Sequence record: OV754623
Strand: one strand, 5' to 3'
From: Escherichia phage UGJNEcP1
Length of the DNA: 64,000 nt
Shown piece by piece: positions 10,102 to 20,052 of this stretch (position 1 is the stretch's first letter; each line of letters opens with the position of its first letter). Position numbers and translations under genes: made by a program. A model generated the notes under the pieces. The model saw only the letters and a program-made list of their open reading frames with translations. It did not search any database and was not told the DNA's origin.

Positions 10102-10548
10102 TTAGTAACTCTGCAGAATGAATTTGAAATTATCTGCCAGAAGACGGTTCATTTCAGTGAGTGTTTGATATTCTGATGTATGATTGCGAGTGAATGCCAG
10201 AGCCAATTGTCCTTTACCATAACCAGTAGTCAGGGGTTTCATGTTCTTAGCTGCAACAAAGATTACATCATATTCAATATTGTTAGTGCCCATAGTACGG
10301 GCTAGTTGTGAACGGCCTTGACGAATGTGAGAAAGAATTGCATCCAACCCTTGTTTAGAACGTTGACGTCCTACAAAGAATCGTGCTGCTACTTGTCGCC
10401 AATCAGATGAACCTTTAACAAAGAAGTAAAAACCTTCACGAGAACGAAACTCTTTAGAAACTTCAGAACCGTATTCACCATTACGAACTACTGCAACAAC
10501 TTCACCGCCAACTGCCAGAAGGTCTTTACGAGTTAAATATTTGGACAT
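10102..10548 (-). CDS. ndd: Nucleoid disruption protein Ndd
   Basis: 148 aa; [56 protein letters not shown] match T4 Ndd. Confidence 0.85.
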   Translation of the reverse strand: MSKYLTRKDLLAVGGEVVAVVRNGEYGSEVSKEFRSREGFYFFVKGSSDWRQVAARFFVGRQRSKQGLDAILSHIRQGRSQLARTMGTNNIEYDVIFVAAKNMKPLTTGYGKGQLALAFTRNHTSEYQTLTEMNRLLADNFKFILQSY

Positions 10549-10592
10549 GCTAATTTCCTCAATTGATTAATGTTTTTGTAATCCATGAGAGC

Positions 10593-10621
10593 ATTATACT
10601 CTGCTCTCAAGAGTTTGTACA
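10593..10621 (-). promoter_or_regulatory. Early promoter with inverted repeat around -10
   Basis: TATAAT flanked by TGAGAGC / GCTCTCA arms; the 32-bp core is repeated exactly at 55476-55507. Confidence 0.5.
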
Positions 10622-10624
10622 ATT

Positions 10625-10825
10625 TTATTCGGCCATATCAGAACGTTCAAAAAGCTCTTCAACAGTTAAACATTCAGTGTCATCCTCAATAAAGAATCGA
10701 GTCCAACACGTTGGGGCGATACAGTTATGAGTTTGTCCGGCGATAGAAGCTACACGAATAAGCTGCTGACCGTTATTCAGAACAAATTTTTCACCAATTT
10801 CAACATCTTTAAAAAGCTTAGCCAT
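10625..10825 (-). CDS. Hypothetical protein (66 aa)
   Basis: ORF with upstream early promoter; several Cys. Confidence 0.45.
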   Translation of the reverse strand: MAKLFKDVEIGEKFVLNNGQQLIRVASIAGQTHNCIAPTCWTRFFIEDDTECLTVEELFERSDMAE

Positions 10826-10853
10826 TTTGTGTTCCTCATGTTTCAGTAGGACT

Positions 10854-10883
10854 ACTATACCATAATCCTACCTTGTTGTAAAC
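10854..10883 (-). promoter_or_regulatory. Sigma70-type early promoter
   Basis: GTTTAC, 18 nt, TATAGT; inverted repeat GTAGGA..TCCTAC around -10. Confidence 0.55.
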
Positions 10884-11075
10884 AATTAAATTACATTAAA
10901 ATATGTTAAAGCCAACCATGTTCCTGTGAACGAACACGCAATGTAAAAACCCGTATCGCAAATTGTTCTTAGTACAATAAGAAGTGCATTTTTCATAAGT
11001 ACCTCAATGCAATTGAAAATATTATACAAATCATAGGGATACTAAGCAACCATATTCCGATCCACATTTTAGAGC

Positions 11076-11339
11076 TCATAGCTCAACTTCCGCCAGTTCC
11101 ATATATCCTTTGTTGATAGTCTCTTTAAGGTCTTTAGAAAGAATGACATTAAAATGGTCGTTCATATGTCCGTTAACTAAACGAGTTATTTCGGCTTCAG
11201 ATGACATATAAGGCACGTCTGAGTCCCAATGAGATAGTCCCAAATGGGTATAAATCATCCCTTCGTCATCTGCAGTGTTGTACATTGAAACAAATTCGCC
11301 TGTTACTTTATGTTTTGCGTAGAAAAATTTAAATTTCAT
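11076..11339 (-). CDS. Hypothetical protein (87 aa)
   Basis: ORF downstream of an early promoter. Confidence 0.5.
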   Translation of the reverse strand: MKFKFFYAKHKVTGEFVSMYNTADDEGMIYTHLGLSHWDSDVPYMSSEAEITRLVNGHMNDHFNVILSKDLKETINKGYMELAEVEL

Positions 11340-11365
11340 AATGTTATCCTCTTTTAGATAGGACT

Positions 11366-11395
11366 ACTATAACATAGTCCTACTTAGTTGTAAAC
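11366..11395 (-). promoter_or_regulatory. Sigma70-type early promoter
   Basis: GTTTAC, 18 nt, TATAGT; inverted repeat AGGACTA..TAGTCCT flanks -10. Confidence 0.55.
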
Positions 11396-11407
11396 ACTTT
11401 TATGAAA

Positions 11408-11884
11408 TTAAAGATGAAGATACCACCCGTTGTAGTTGCTCTTGCGGACGATTTTCTTTAGGTCTTCATGGTCTCCCACAAACTTTATAGAATAAGAGAA
11501 GACGTCAGGTGAGGTTTCTTTGACATCTAATATAATAATGCAATCTGCGACTCGATGATTCAAGAAGGGCCCTATATTGATTCCATTACCACCCGGATAA
11601 TCACCGCTGTATCCTGTGGTAACCGAAATCCATTTAGAATCTATCTGATGGGTCTTTACTTCTACGCGTAGACCACAGTACTTAGGATGAGCTAAAACGT
11701 CCCACGCATACGTGTACGGGTCTTCTACGTCTTCAATACCTTTATTAACATATCCGTCTAGCCAATTTGCTACTACGTACTCTGCAAAGACCGCAACCTT
11801 ACAACGTCGAACTACATCTTCTTTGTTTTGGTCAGGATTTTGGCTCAGGGAATACCGAGCAGTGTCAGCAATCTTCACCTTCAT
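11408..11884 (-). CDS. Hypothetical protein at the denB position (possible nuclease)
   Basis: About 158 aa from the internal Met (MKVKIADTARY...); positional analogue of T4 denB between ndd and rIIB; family not verifiable by eye. Confidence 0.4.
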   Translation of the reverse strand: MKVKIADTARYSLSQNPDQNKEDVVRRCKVAVFAEYVVANWLDGYVNKGIEDVEDPYTYAWDVLAHPKYCGLRVEVKTHQIDSKWISVTTGYSGDYPGGNGINIGPFLNHRVADCIIILDVKETSPDVFSYSIKFVGDHEDLKKIVRKSNYNGWYLHL

Positions 11885-11900
11885 TTCACTAGTCAAAAAC

Positions 11901-12188
11901 TCATTCGACAGGATAAATGTCGGAAGATTCTTCAGTCTCAACAGTCCCAAGTTCGTCTTTACCATAGATACCTCTGATGTGTAGTTCGCCAAAATAAATG
12001 CGGTCACCTTCTTCAAGATATTCAGCATCTACAGATGGAATTTCAATAACAACTTCGTCGCATTCTAACCAGCCGTAGTGTGCATCACCAGGATGTTTTA
12101 CCAATTTAGCACAATAAACTGATTTACACTTATGATGACCACGAAGATTAGCAATTTTGGATTCTGATACGTCAAATGGATGAATCAT
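11901..12188 (-). CDS. Hypothetical protein (95 aa)
   Basis: ORF immediately downstream of rIIB. Confidence 0.45.
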   Translation of the reverse strand: MIHPFDVSESKIANLRGHHKCKSVYCAKLVKHPGDAHYGWLECDEVVIEIPSVDAEYLEEGDRIYFGELHIRGIYGKDELGTVETEESSDIYPVE

Positions 12189-12206
12189 AATTACCCCTAA
12201 AGAAAA

Positions 12207-12228
12207 AAGGGGACCGAAGTCCCCAATT
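12207..12228 (-). terminator. Rho-independent terminator downstream of rIIB
   Basis: Minus-strand hairpin ggggacttcggtcccc followed by TTTTTTT. Confidence 0.6.
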
Positions 12229-12229
12229 A

Positions 12230-13177
12230 TTATTCTGCAAATAATTCAGTAACGTCTGAAATTACTTCATAACGACATGTACGCATCTTAGCATCACCAT
12301 AGTCAACTGGGATGGATACAACATCACGTGGATGAACTTTAACCTTAACAACTTTATCTGAGCTAGAACCAAAGTAACGAATATATGATTTAGCACAAAC
12401 GTGGAGACCGCGAGAACAGGTTTGTGTATCATCGTCGTTAACTCGAGTACGAGGCATTGAAACAACTTTACCAGGCGAGTTATCAAATGTGCCACTATAG
12501 CAATCTAAATAGTCTTTACGAACTACTTTCCATGCATAGAAATACCCATCTTCAGTGATTTCAATATCGTTTGCAACCAAGAAGTCGAATAAACGTTGTA
12601 CAGCTTTTTCGCTTGGGTTTTCTAACAGGTTTTCAAGGAATGGCAGATAGAATTTAAAGTCTTCACCTTTTTCCATGGAATCAATAATACGGTTAACCAG
12701 CCCTGAACGAATCTCTATACCTTGATAAAATAAACTACCACCTTCAATAGTAACATTACCGTCAACAAACTTACTAATAGCTTTCTTGATGTTAATAAGT
12801 TCGACAGCTTTACTAAGGTTTCCTGCGACCAAATTAGCTTTAATTTCTTCAAAATTTGCATGACTTGATGGGGTCGCATTGTATGCTACGCGTCCTTCAA
12901 TGATTGAAATAAATTTAGATGACGCGTTCCATATGATTTCAGGACGATGTCCGCCGATAATAGGTTCATCATTTTCTGGAACTTCTTCGATTACATAAGA
13001 GGCATCGTTTGCTTCAGGGACAACGCCTTCAGCTTTAAAATTCTTAACAATCTTACGAAGAGTATCTGTTGAAATGTCGAAGTAATCGGCAATTTCTTTA
13101 CGAGTCCATTTGCCTGATTCAACCAGGCCGTAAGCTTCTAACTGTTCTTCTTGGGACAAGCATTTGATATTGTACAT
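12230..13177 (-). CDS. rIIB: rIIB protein
   Basis: 315 aa; MYNIKCL start, long stretches (FDFLVANDIEITEDGYFYAWKVVR, TQTCSRGLHVC.KSYIR.FGSS) match T4 rIIB. Confidence 0.9.
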   Translation of the reverse strand: MYNIKCLSQEEQLEAYGLVESGKWTRKEIADYFDISTDTLRKIVKNFKAEGVVPEANDASYVIEEVPENDEPIIGGHRPEIIWNASSKFISIIEGRVAYNATPSSHANFEEIKANLVAGNLSKAVELINIKKAISKFVDGNVTIEGGSLFYQGIEIRSGLVNRIIDSMEKGEDFKFYLPFLENLLENPSEKAVQRLFDFLVANDIEITEDGYFYAWKVVRKDYLDCYSGTFDNSPGKVVSMPRTRVNDDDTQTCSRGLHVCAKSYIRYFGSSSDKVVKVKVHPRDVVSIPVDYGDAKMRTCRYEVISDVTELFAE

Positions 13178-13186
13178 AATGTTTCC

Positions 13187-15400
13187 TTATTTGGCCGCTT
13201 CCACGGCCTTCATGAATTTAACGATTTGAGCGACCTGTTCTTTTGAAAGAGTACCACGTCGTCCCATGTATTCTGACACAATATGATAATTGGTTTCAAA
13301 TTCAATAACCATTTTATCATCATTATCGTAAGCATTATCTTTAAGCTTATCGAAAATTTTAGCACACAATTCTAACTTCCTGTTCAGGTCTGTATTAGTA
13401 GCACCTGCGAATCGATTCCATCCCCAGCGATTATTTACTGTTGAGAGTTTTGCAAAGTCTTTACTGATTTCTTTGTTCTTAGAGCTAAAATACTTACTAA
13501 GGAAGTTAAGCTCTTCATTACGAGTAATATGATTCAAATAAGGCTGTGCTCTACGACTTGGTGATACATACTCATCATAATCTACTTTATCGATTAGCAT
13601 AATATAGTCATTAATTGATTTTTCAAACAAACATTCTACTTCACCAAGTTTACGAACTTTCTTAGCAATCTGTGGGCGAACTACAGTGAACTCTTTAATA
13701 CCTGACAAATCGGCAATACGAGTCAAGAAATTAGAATCATAGTTCAACCAACCTTTATCTGCGTCAAGACATTCAGCGTTAGAACGATTACGAATTACAA
13801 CATAACCTTGAATCTCATCAGCTTTACCGGCCGGAATAAAGAGATCTTCTGATACCCAAACATCGTTTTCATTCTTAAAGAACCGATGAGCACTCGGCGA
13901 TTTAGGACGAGGCTGCGATGAACGTTCTTTAACTTCAATCCACGGTTTAACTAATGCAAGAATTTCAGATGTCTTATAAAATTTAAGGCTATCACCAGCG
14001 AAAATAACCTTTAATCGTTCCAGAAGTTTCATTGCAACTTCATCTTCCGGGTTAATGAATAATACGCTACTACCCCATCCGGAAGGAACCTTATCAACGA
14101 GTGTTGATGCATCGGTGGAAGTCAAAGCATCGTTCAGAGCACGCATCATTGGTACGCGGCCTTTCACATCGTCAATAACGATATCAATATGCTTACGACT
14201 AATACCTAGCAGGCTATTAATTGAAATAGTTGCAGACGAGCTTCCGCTTTCACGAATACGACGAAGTCGTGGGTCTGAAACGATATCATATACAACGCCA
14301 AGGTTGCACCATTCAGGTCCCATTTTAAAACGTTTGTACAACTCAGAATAAGTTAGTTGTTCTTTAGAGTATTTCAGTGATTCAATATTAGAACCGGCTT
14401 TTTCCATATATTTACGAGCAGAGTAACCAAGAGAATCGATTTCACGGAATACATGACGTGGATATTCACAATCAATCCATTTCTTAGAATCTTCAGCAAA
14501 TAATTTTGCATCGATTTCTGCAACACGTTTATGGATATTTGCTACTGTACGTTTATCAAATGACAATGCTTCACGAGACGGGGCTACATCTAGTTCACCC
14601 ATAGGGAATTTAATATAAGCTGTAGTGCATCGCGTCATCATCCATGTTTGTTCTTTAATAACACTTCCGATTGGATATACAATACCGCCATAAACAGCCA
14701 TGATATTACCACGTTCACCCCATGGAGCTTCCTTGGCCAAATATACATCGTCAAATTCAGGAAAGTATTTAATATCTTTAACACCGCGAACTTCTGCAAT
14801 ATCACCTAGAGGACGCATAACATATGCAATTTCAGATGCGAACTTTTCAAAATCTTCTGGGTTAACAGGTACAACTACTTCTACACCCGTACGGTCATCA
14901 GGACCCATCTTATCTACAAAGGTTGGCTTAATCTGTGGACCACTGTCATCTTGGTAGATTACGTAACCACGAACTTCACCGTTGTGATAAGACGTAAGGT
15001 TAAACGTATCAGTATATGCTAGCGGAGCTTTAGAGCCGAGTCCGAATCCACCAATGAAATCGTTACTCGATGTTTTAGTTGAAGCAAAATATGAGTTATA
15101 GATTCCTGGCTCTTCGTCATTACCTCGAATGGTGAAATCACTCATACCAGGACCAAAGTCTCGAACTACAAAACGTGGGTCTAAACGACCTGGTGCCTGA
15201 ACAATAAACTTATCAGTGCAACCATTAAGAATTTGTCCATCGATACAGTTTGTGATTAATTCACGTACACAAGCCAATTCTTTGTTTGTATAAAGGTCAT
15301 TAGACAAAATCTTATAAACTTTGCTATTGCCTTGAATAGTAAATGCTGTGCTCTTACCGCCTGAACCAATAATCGTTTCTTTAGCCGTTTCAATAATCAT
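13187..15400 (-). CDS. rIIA: rIIA protein (GHKL ATPase-like)
   Basis: 737 aa; position upstream of rIIB; N-terminal ATPase-like region with Gly-rich loops (DFGPGM, GGFGLGSK). Confidence 0.85.
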   Translation of the reverse strand: MIIETAKETIIGSGGKSTAFTIQGNSKVYKILSNDLYTNKELACVRELITNCIDGQILNGCTDKFIVQAPGRLDPRFVVRDFGPGMSDFTIRGNDEEPGIYNSYFASTKTSSNDFIGGFGLGSKAPLAYTDTFNLTSYHNGEVRGYVIYQDDSGPQIKPTFVDKMGPDDRTGVEVVVPVNPEDFEKFASEIAYVMRPLGDIAEVRGVKDIKYFPEFDDVYLAKEAPWGERGNIMAVYGGIVYPIGSVIKEQTWMMTRCTTAYIKFPMGELDVAPSREALSFDKRTVANIHKRVAEIDAKLFAEDSKKWIDCEYPRHVFREIDSLGYSARKYMEKAGSNIESLKYSKEQLTYSELYKRFKMGPEWCNLGVVYDIVSDPRLRRIRESGSSSATISINSLLGISRKHIDIVIDDVKGRVPMMRALNDALTSTDASTLVDKVPSGWGSSVLFINPEDEVAMKLLERLKVIFAGDSLKFYKTSEILALVKPWIEVKERSSQPRPKSPSAHRFFKNENDVWVSEDLFIPAGKADEIQGYVVIRNRSNAECLDADKGWLNYDSNFLTRIADLSGIKEFTVVRPQIAKKVRKLGEVECLFEKSINDYIMLIDKVDYDEYVSPSRRAQPYLNHITRNEELNFLSKYFSSKNKEISKDFAKLSTVNNRWGWNRFAGATNTDLNRKLELCAKIFDKLKDNAYDNDDKMVIEFETNYHIVSEYMGRRGTLSKEQVAQIVKFMKAVEAAK

Positions 15401-15412
15401 ATTTTTCTCTCA

Positions 15413-15613
15413 TCACAAGTTACGTTTAAAAATTTCTGCCACTTCGAGAAGTTCTTCTTTAGTAGCTGTATCGGTTTGTATTTTATATCGAATTTCTTTA
15501 AAGCGTTCTTTAAAGGACTCTGCTGACTCGATATCAAAAAATCTTTGGATAAGCCGGAATTCCCGGAGCACTGCTTTATCAAAAAGTTCCAAGTCCACGT
15601 TATATGTTCTCAT
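15413..15613 (-). CDS. Hypothetical protein (rIIA.1 position)
   Basis: 66-aa ORF directly upstream of rIIA. Confidence 0.45.
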   Translation of the reverse strand: MRTYNVDLELFDKAVLREFRLIQRFFDIESAESFKERFKEIRYKIQTDTATKEELLEVAEIFKRNL

Positions 15614-15705
15614 AATATTCTCTTCAGTAGATTCCTAGGGCACTATTACTAAAGACCATATAATCTATCATCTTATGTGTAATAGTGCCTCAGGCTATTC
15701 AGGAT

Positions 15706-16806
15706 TTACGCTGTGAAGATTTTATCCCACATCGCAACAACTGCATCTCGGTTATACTTCTTCCATACTGCTTCAGCACGTTTAACTCGAGCTTCGTATG
15801 TGTCAGTGAATTCTAATACAGCTTTTGTGTAAAGCGCAACTACTTCTTTCTTAGGAGTAGAGGAATCAATTTCTACACGCACAGTATCTGGGTCGTATTC
15901 GAATGTCGCATGAGGATAATCCTTAAAAACTAACTGGATTACAGGGACACCTTTAGAGATGGCTTCAATAGAACTATTCTCTACAGTACCTGTGTCAGGA
16001 CACGTATTAATAAGTGCTTTAGCTGTTTTAAGACGTTCCATAATTTCACTGTGTGGAGCATCAATAATAACAGGATATTTAGCTGGTGGCGCCCATTTGC
16101 TTGGACAGTATCCTGCACCATTTTCGCCTAGTGCTTTAATCGCTTCAAGAGCAACATCAGTACGACGCATTTTAGTGTCATAACGTTGTGCACTAATAAT
16201 CAGATCCGTCGCCGGAAGAACTTCTGGCTTTTCAGTCAAACAAATAACCGGATAATCTTCGGCTTCAAACAACGGATTTGCTCGCCAATAATCATAATCA
16301 ATTTTGTCAGTCAGACCTGAAGTCATATAACAATATTTGCGTTCAAATTCACGGAAGGCTTTAGTAGGAGCATAACTCTTACCACCATTCTTATGAATTT
16401 GAATAGTCTGGTCCCAAATTTGAACAATGCCACGAGATACCGGTTCAAATGGTGTTGCCATAAAATTCTTATGAACTTTAGAGAGACCTGCGTCTTTAAT
16501 TGCCTGAACGGTTAGTTTAGTCGGTTCCATAGTAACAACAAAATCGTATTCATGGATGCCGGCTAGTTCAACAATCTTACGAGCCATAGTATAACTCATA
16601 CCTAGACTGAATTTAGTCAGATGACCAACAGGATGATGATTAACTTTCCAATCACCAAATGTGTCATTATCAAAACCGATATAATCAATATCAGCACCGA
16701 TGGACACAAGATATTTCAACACGTTCAAATGAACCGCTTCAAGACCACCTTGTACACGGTCAGGATTAAATGGGACTGCACGAGATGGGATAAACATAAC
16801 TTTCAT
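15706..16806 (-). CDS. GT-B (GT4-like) glycosyltransferase, candidate DNA sugar transferase
   Basis: 366 aa; N-terminal GGLEAVHLNVLKYL resembles the GT4 acceptor-domain motif; C-terminal TGTVENSSIEAISKGVPVI resembles the GT4 E-x7-E donor region; occupies the T4 gene 60 slot. Confidence 0.55.
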   Translation of the reverse strand: MKVMFIPSRAVPFNPDRVQGGLEAVHLNVLKYLVSIGADIDYIGFDNDTFGDWKVNHHPVGHLTKFSLGMSYTMARKIVELAGIHEYDFVVTMEPTKLTVQAIKDAGLSKVHKNFMATPFEPVSRGIVQIWDQTIQIHKNGGKSYAPTKAFREFERKYCYMTSGLTDKIDYDYWRANPLFEAEDYPVICLTEKPEVLPATDLIISAQRYDTKMRRTDVALEAIKALGENGAGYCPSKWAPPAKYPVIIDAPHSEIMERLKTAKALINTCPDTGTVENSSIEAISKGVPVIQLVFKDYPHATFEYDPDTVRVEIDSSTPKKEVVALYTKAVLEFTDTYEARVKRAEAVWKKYNRDAVVAMWDKIFTA

Positions 16807-16814
16807 AATTAAGC

Positions 16815-16850
16815 CTTATTAAAATTAAAATGAAGCTCCCGAAGGAGCTT
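16815..16850 (-). terminator. Hairpin/terminator at the end of gene 39
   Basis: Minus-strand hairpin aagctcc-ttcg-ggagctt right after the stop, followed by a T-rich tract. Confidence 0.45.
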
Positions 16851-18666
16851 AGGACATCCATTCTTTACGAAGTTCTGAATCATCACCCATCAACATTTCA
16901 AAGAGTTCTTTCCAATTTTCAGGAAGTTTAACTACGTCGTACACAGGGTTCTGAATCATTTCACGATATTCTGACTTTTCAAGGGAGCCTAATCCCTTGA
17001 TGTATCTAATACTATGCTTAGGCAGTGTATCTTTAACTTCTTCATACTCAGCTACAGTATAAAACCATTTTTGAGTTTTGCCAATTTGTGCAATAATTAC
17101 AGGCGTTTTAACAAAACGAATACGTCCTTGTTCAAACAATTCAGGCCAATTACTAAAGAAAGCAAGCAAAGCCGGATAGATACTTCCAAGACCGTCGTGA
17201 TCTGCATCGGTCATAATTGCAATATTACGATAGTTCGTATTCTCTGCCTTTTCACCAAGAATAAGACCTGTGATAGCACAGATATCGAAGAGCTCTTTGT
17301 TCTTCATCATATCGGCATATGACATACCCCAGCTATTCATCACCTTACCACGTAATGGGAATCCACCGTGTAGTTCACGGTCACGAACATCAATGAGATA
17401 ACCAATTGCCGAATCACCTTCTGTTAAAAACAATGTTGTATCTGCATCTTTACCGCATTGGTTAGCTTTAATATGCTTATGAACCTTAGCTTTAGTTGCC
17501 TTTTTAGCTGCTTTAGTTTCTGCAGCCTTTTCTGCCGCCAATTTACGAGCTAATGCTGCTTCAACAATAGGCATAATCAAGGCTTCGTTTTTAAGAAGTG
17601 CCTGAGCAATTTTCTTAGCATCTAATTGGATATGATTACGAATATCACCGTACGTTGACGTTAAACGCTCTTTAGTCTGAGAATCAAAACGCATGTTGCT
17701 CATGTCTCTAATAAACATCAACATTGTGAGACATTCTTTAACACGAGCTTTAGTGACTTCAATACCCTTATATTTCTTTTTAATACCTGGCAAAAGATGT
17801 TCACAGATATCATCCATTACACATTCAACATGATGACCACCATTTTTAGTATGGATGTTATTCACATAAGTTAAATGACGGAAGCCATCTGGTGATGTTG
17901 TGAATGCTATAGAAACTTTATCATTTTCTTGAATGATGTTATCTTCACCAAATTGTTTAGCAAATCGTTTAAAATTACCATCAACCTTTTTACCATTAAA
18001 TGTGAACTTGATATCAGGATAAACGACTGCCAATGTTTGAAGTCGGTCTAAAGTAATATCTAAATAAATTTGAGATAAATTGTGCTCTTCAAACGAAGAG
18101 AAATCAGGAGTGAAGATTACTTTAGTGCCTTTACCTTTAGATTTCTTAGAAGACCATGATTTGTTTTCCATTCCATTTGAACAGTTAACAGTGATTTCAT
18201 TTTCGCCATCTGACGTAATGCCTGTAAACAACGTAGAGAAGATATTAGTTAAACTACTCCCGACGCCATTCATACCACCAGTCTTGCGTTCAGAGTCATC
18301 ACCAAAGTTACCACCGGCCTTTGGAATAGTCCAGGCTGCTACAGGCCCAGGAATTTGTTCACCTGTTTGGTCGGTAACTAAACCTTGAGGAATACCACGT
18401 CCGTTATCTTCCACCGAAACTTGATTATTTTTAATTTGCACATCAATTTTATTTGCAAACTTAAATGATGTACGAATAGCTTCATCAACCGAGTTGTCAA
18501 TAATCTCATCGATTAATTTAACCAGACCAGGAACATATTCAACTTGTTGATATTTACCAAACAAAAAACGCTCATGTGCTTCTTTAGCTGAAGAACCAAT
18601 ATACATACCACTGCGTTTCTTAATATGTTCTACATCCGACAATACCTTAATTTCATTTTTAATCAT
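16849..18666 (-). CDS. 39: DNA topoisomerase II large subunit gp39 (GyrB-like), unsplit
   Basis: 605 aa continuous ORF with N-terminal GHKL ATPase and TOPRIM region (LTEGDSA); not split as in T4. Confidence 0.9.
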   Translation of the reverse strand: MIKNEIKVLSDVEHIKKRSGMYIGSSAKEAHERFLFGKYQQVEYVPGLVKLIDEIIDNSVDEAIRTSFKFANKIDVQIKNNQVSVEDNGRGIPQGLVTDQTGEQIPGPVAAWTIPKAGGNFGDDSERKTGGMNGVGSSLTNIFSTLFTGITSDGENEITVNCSNGMENKSWSSKKSKGKGTKVIFTPDFSSFEEHNLSQIYLDITLDRLQTLAVVYPDIKFTFNGKKVDGNFKRFAKQFGEDNIIQENDKVSIAFTTSPDGFRHLTYVNNIHTKNGGHHVECVMDDICEHLLPGIKKKYKGIEVTKARVKECLTMLMFIRDMSNMRFDSQTKERLTSTYGDIRNHIQLDAKKIAQALLKNEALIMPIVEAALARKLAAEKAAETKAAKKATKAKVHKHIKANQCGKDADTTLFLTEGDSAIGYLIDVRDRELHGGFPLRGKVMNSWGMSYADMMKNKELFDICAITGLILGEKAENTNYRNIAIMTDADHDGLGSIYPALLAFFSNWPELFEQGRIRFVKTPVIIAQIGKTQKWFYTVAEYEEVKDTLPKHSIRYIKGLGSLEKSEYREMIQNPVYDVVKLPENWKELFEMLMGDDSELRKEWMS

Positions 18667-18699
18667 GTTGTCTCCTCGTTATGAAGGTATTCTATCATC

Positions 18700-18722
18700 C
18701 GAAATCTAAAGCAAAAAGGGCC
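18700..18722 (-). terminator. Rho-independent terminator upstream of gene 39
   Basis: Minus-strand hairpin agggcttcggccct followed by TTTTT. Confidence 0.5.
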
Positions 18723-18729
18723 GAAGCCC

Positions 18730-19173
18730 TTATTTAAATTTAATTTTCTGAAGTGCATCAATTGCAGCTAAACGCCCTTGTTCACTTTTAACTGTAATGA
18801 CCACATCGCCTGATACGATCACCGAACCATCAACAAATTCTATAGAGCCTTTTTTGAAATCGACAGCTGTATCTGGTTCCGGAACTTCTTCAAAGAATTT
18901 AAATTCTGCACCATAAATCAGAATATCACCTTGCATACTAATGATTGTACGTCTAGGTCCATCGGTTTCAGCGGCAATCATTGAAACACCATAACCAATC
19001 ATCTCTTCTACAATAAAATCTCTTGATAATAAAACTGTATGCAGAGTAGTGTTAAGACGTTTACCAGTTGTATTAAGAATTCTCAAGAAATTATCTTCTT
19101 GACCTTTGATAATACGATATTTCTTACCAACTTCAAAACCTTTAAAACCTTTAAAAGCCGTATTAAAAGCCAT
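18730..19173 (-). CDS. Hypothetical protein (147 aa)
   Basis: ORF in the variable region between 39 and dexA. Confidence 0.5.
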   Translation of the reverse strand: MAFNTAFKGFKGFEVGKKYRIIKGQEDNFLRILNTTGKRLNTTLHTVLLSRDFIVEEMIGYGVSMIAAETDGPRRTIISMQGDILIYGAEFKFFEEVPEPDTAVDFKKGSIEFVDGSVIVSGDVVITVKSEQGRLAAIDALQKIKFK

Positions 19174-19175
19174 AA

Positions 19176-19355
19176 TTAACCCTTCTTAAGTAAGTCGTAA
19201 AAACCACCGTTCACATGTTTAGGAGCAGAAACCCGACGAGTAGACAGACGATGACATTCAGGGCAAACATCGTTTTCTCGTTCAGAAATCCTTTTAATTT
19301 TTTCATATTCATGACCACAATCTTCAGATTGACATTTATAGTCGTATAACGGCAT
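19176..19355 (-). CDS. Zinc-ribbon small protein (FmdB-like)
   Basis: Hand-translated [45 protein letters not shown]...; two CxxC pairs; below the track cutoff; TAATG overlap with the upstream gene. Confidence 0.55.
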   Translation of the reverse strand: MPLYDYKCQSEDCGHEYEKIKRISERENDVCPECHRLSTRRVSAPKHVNGGFYDLLKKG

Positions 19356-19768
19356 TATTGTTCCTTAAAATGTGCTTTCAACATTTGATACAAAGACCAT
19401 GCCTGGTCGTTATTTTCGATAGTAATCGTCATCACAGGAAATTCAGACAATTCGTCAAGTTCATCAGAATCTTGCTCTTCAGACGCTTGATATGGATTTC
19501 CAACTTCGTCAAAGAACTCTGCTTCATTCGTGGAGAGCCAGATAAAGTTTTCATCAAGGATATCACCGCCTGTTGCGTATCCAACCGTGCCAGTAGATGT
19601 TAAAATTTTAGTAGGACGTCCGAGATGGTCAACATCTAATACTTTAAATGGTTCCATGCCAAGACGTCGTGCATAAATCCCATTATCAGTGTGGTCTTTA
19701 ATAAACTCTTCTTGGGCACGTTTATCTATAAATTGATACCATGAGTTAACGCGGAATTTATTAGCCAT
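19355..19768 (-). CDS. Hypothetical acidic protein
   Basis: ORF from [13 protein letters not shown]; acidic C-terminal stretch. Confidence 0.5.
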   Translation of the reverse strand: MANKFRVNSWYQFIDKRAQEEFIKDHTDNGIYARRLGMEPFKVLDVDHLGRPTKILTSTGTVGYATGGDILDENFIWLSTNEAEFFDEVGNPYQASEEQDSDELDELSEFPVMTITIENNDQAWSLYQMLKAHFKEQ

Positions 19769-19995
19769 TAGTAAGTTTCCTTCCAATAAGTTGTACCATT
19801 TTCAGTGATTTCACGGAAGATACCATAGATAGGCATTTCATCGCCGAGTTTTTCGTAAACGTAAACCACTTCGGTGTAGCATAAAAATTCAGTCCAGTTT
19901 TTCTGTACAACAACTAAATCAGGATTAAACAGAACATCTTCAAACTCATCGATGTTTGAATCGGTAGTTACGTTTTTAATGATTTGACGTTTCAT
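19768..19995 (-). CDS. Hypothetical protein (about 75 aa)
   Basis: From the internal Met MKRQIIKN with RBS agaggag; the track N-terminal extension would cover the promoter. Confidence 0.5.
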   Translation of the reverse strand: MKRQIIKNVTTDSNIDEFEDVLFNPDLVVVQKNWTEFLCYTEVVYVYEKLGDEMPIYGIFREITENGTTYWKETY

Positions 19996-20023
19996 AATAT
20001 TCTCCTCTTGTTTTGATAGGTCT

Positions 20024-20052
20024 ATAGTATCATAGACCATAGTTGTTGTACA
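20024..20052 (-). promoter_or_regulatory. Sigma70-type early promoter with inverted repeat
   Basis: TGTACA, 17 nt, TACTAT; arms GGTCTAT / ATAGACC flank -10. Confidence 0.5.

Noticed and set aside
15706-16806. Considered that this ORF might be T4 gene 60 (C-terminal topoisomerase part)
   Set aside because: The topoisomerase subunit is already complete in the 605-aa gene 39, and this protein has glycosyltransferase-like motifs rather than GyrB C-terminal sequence.
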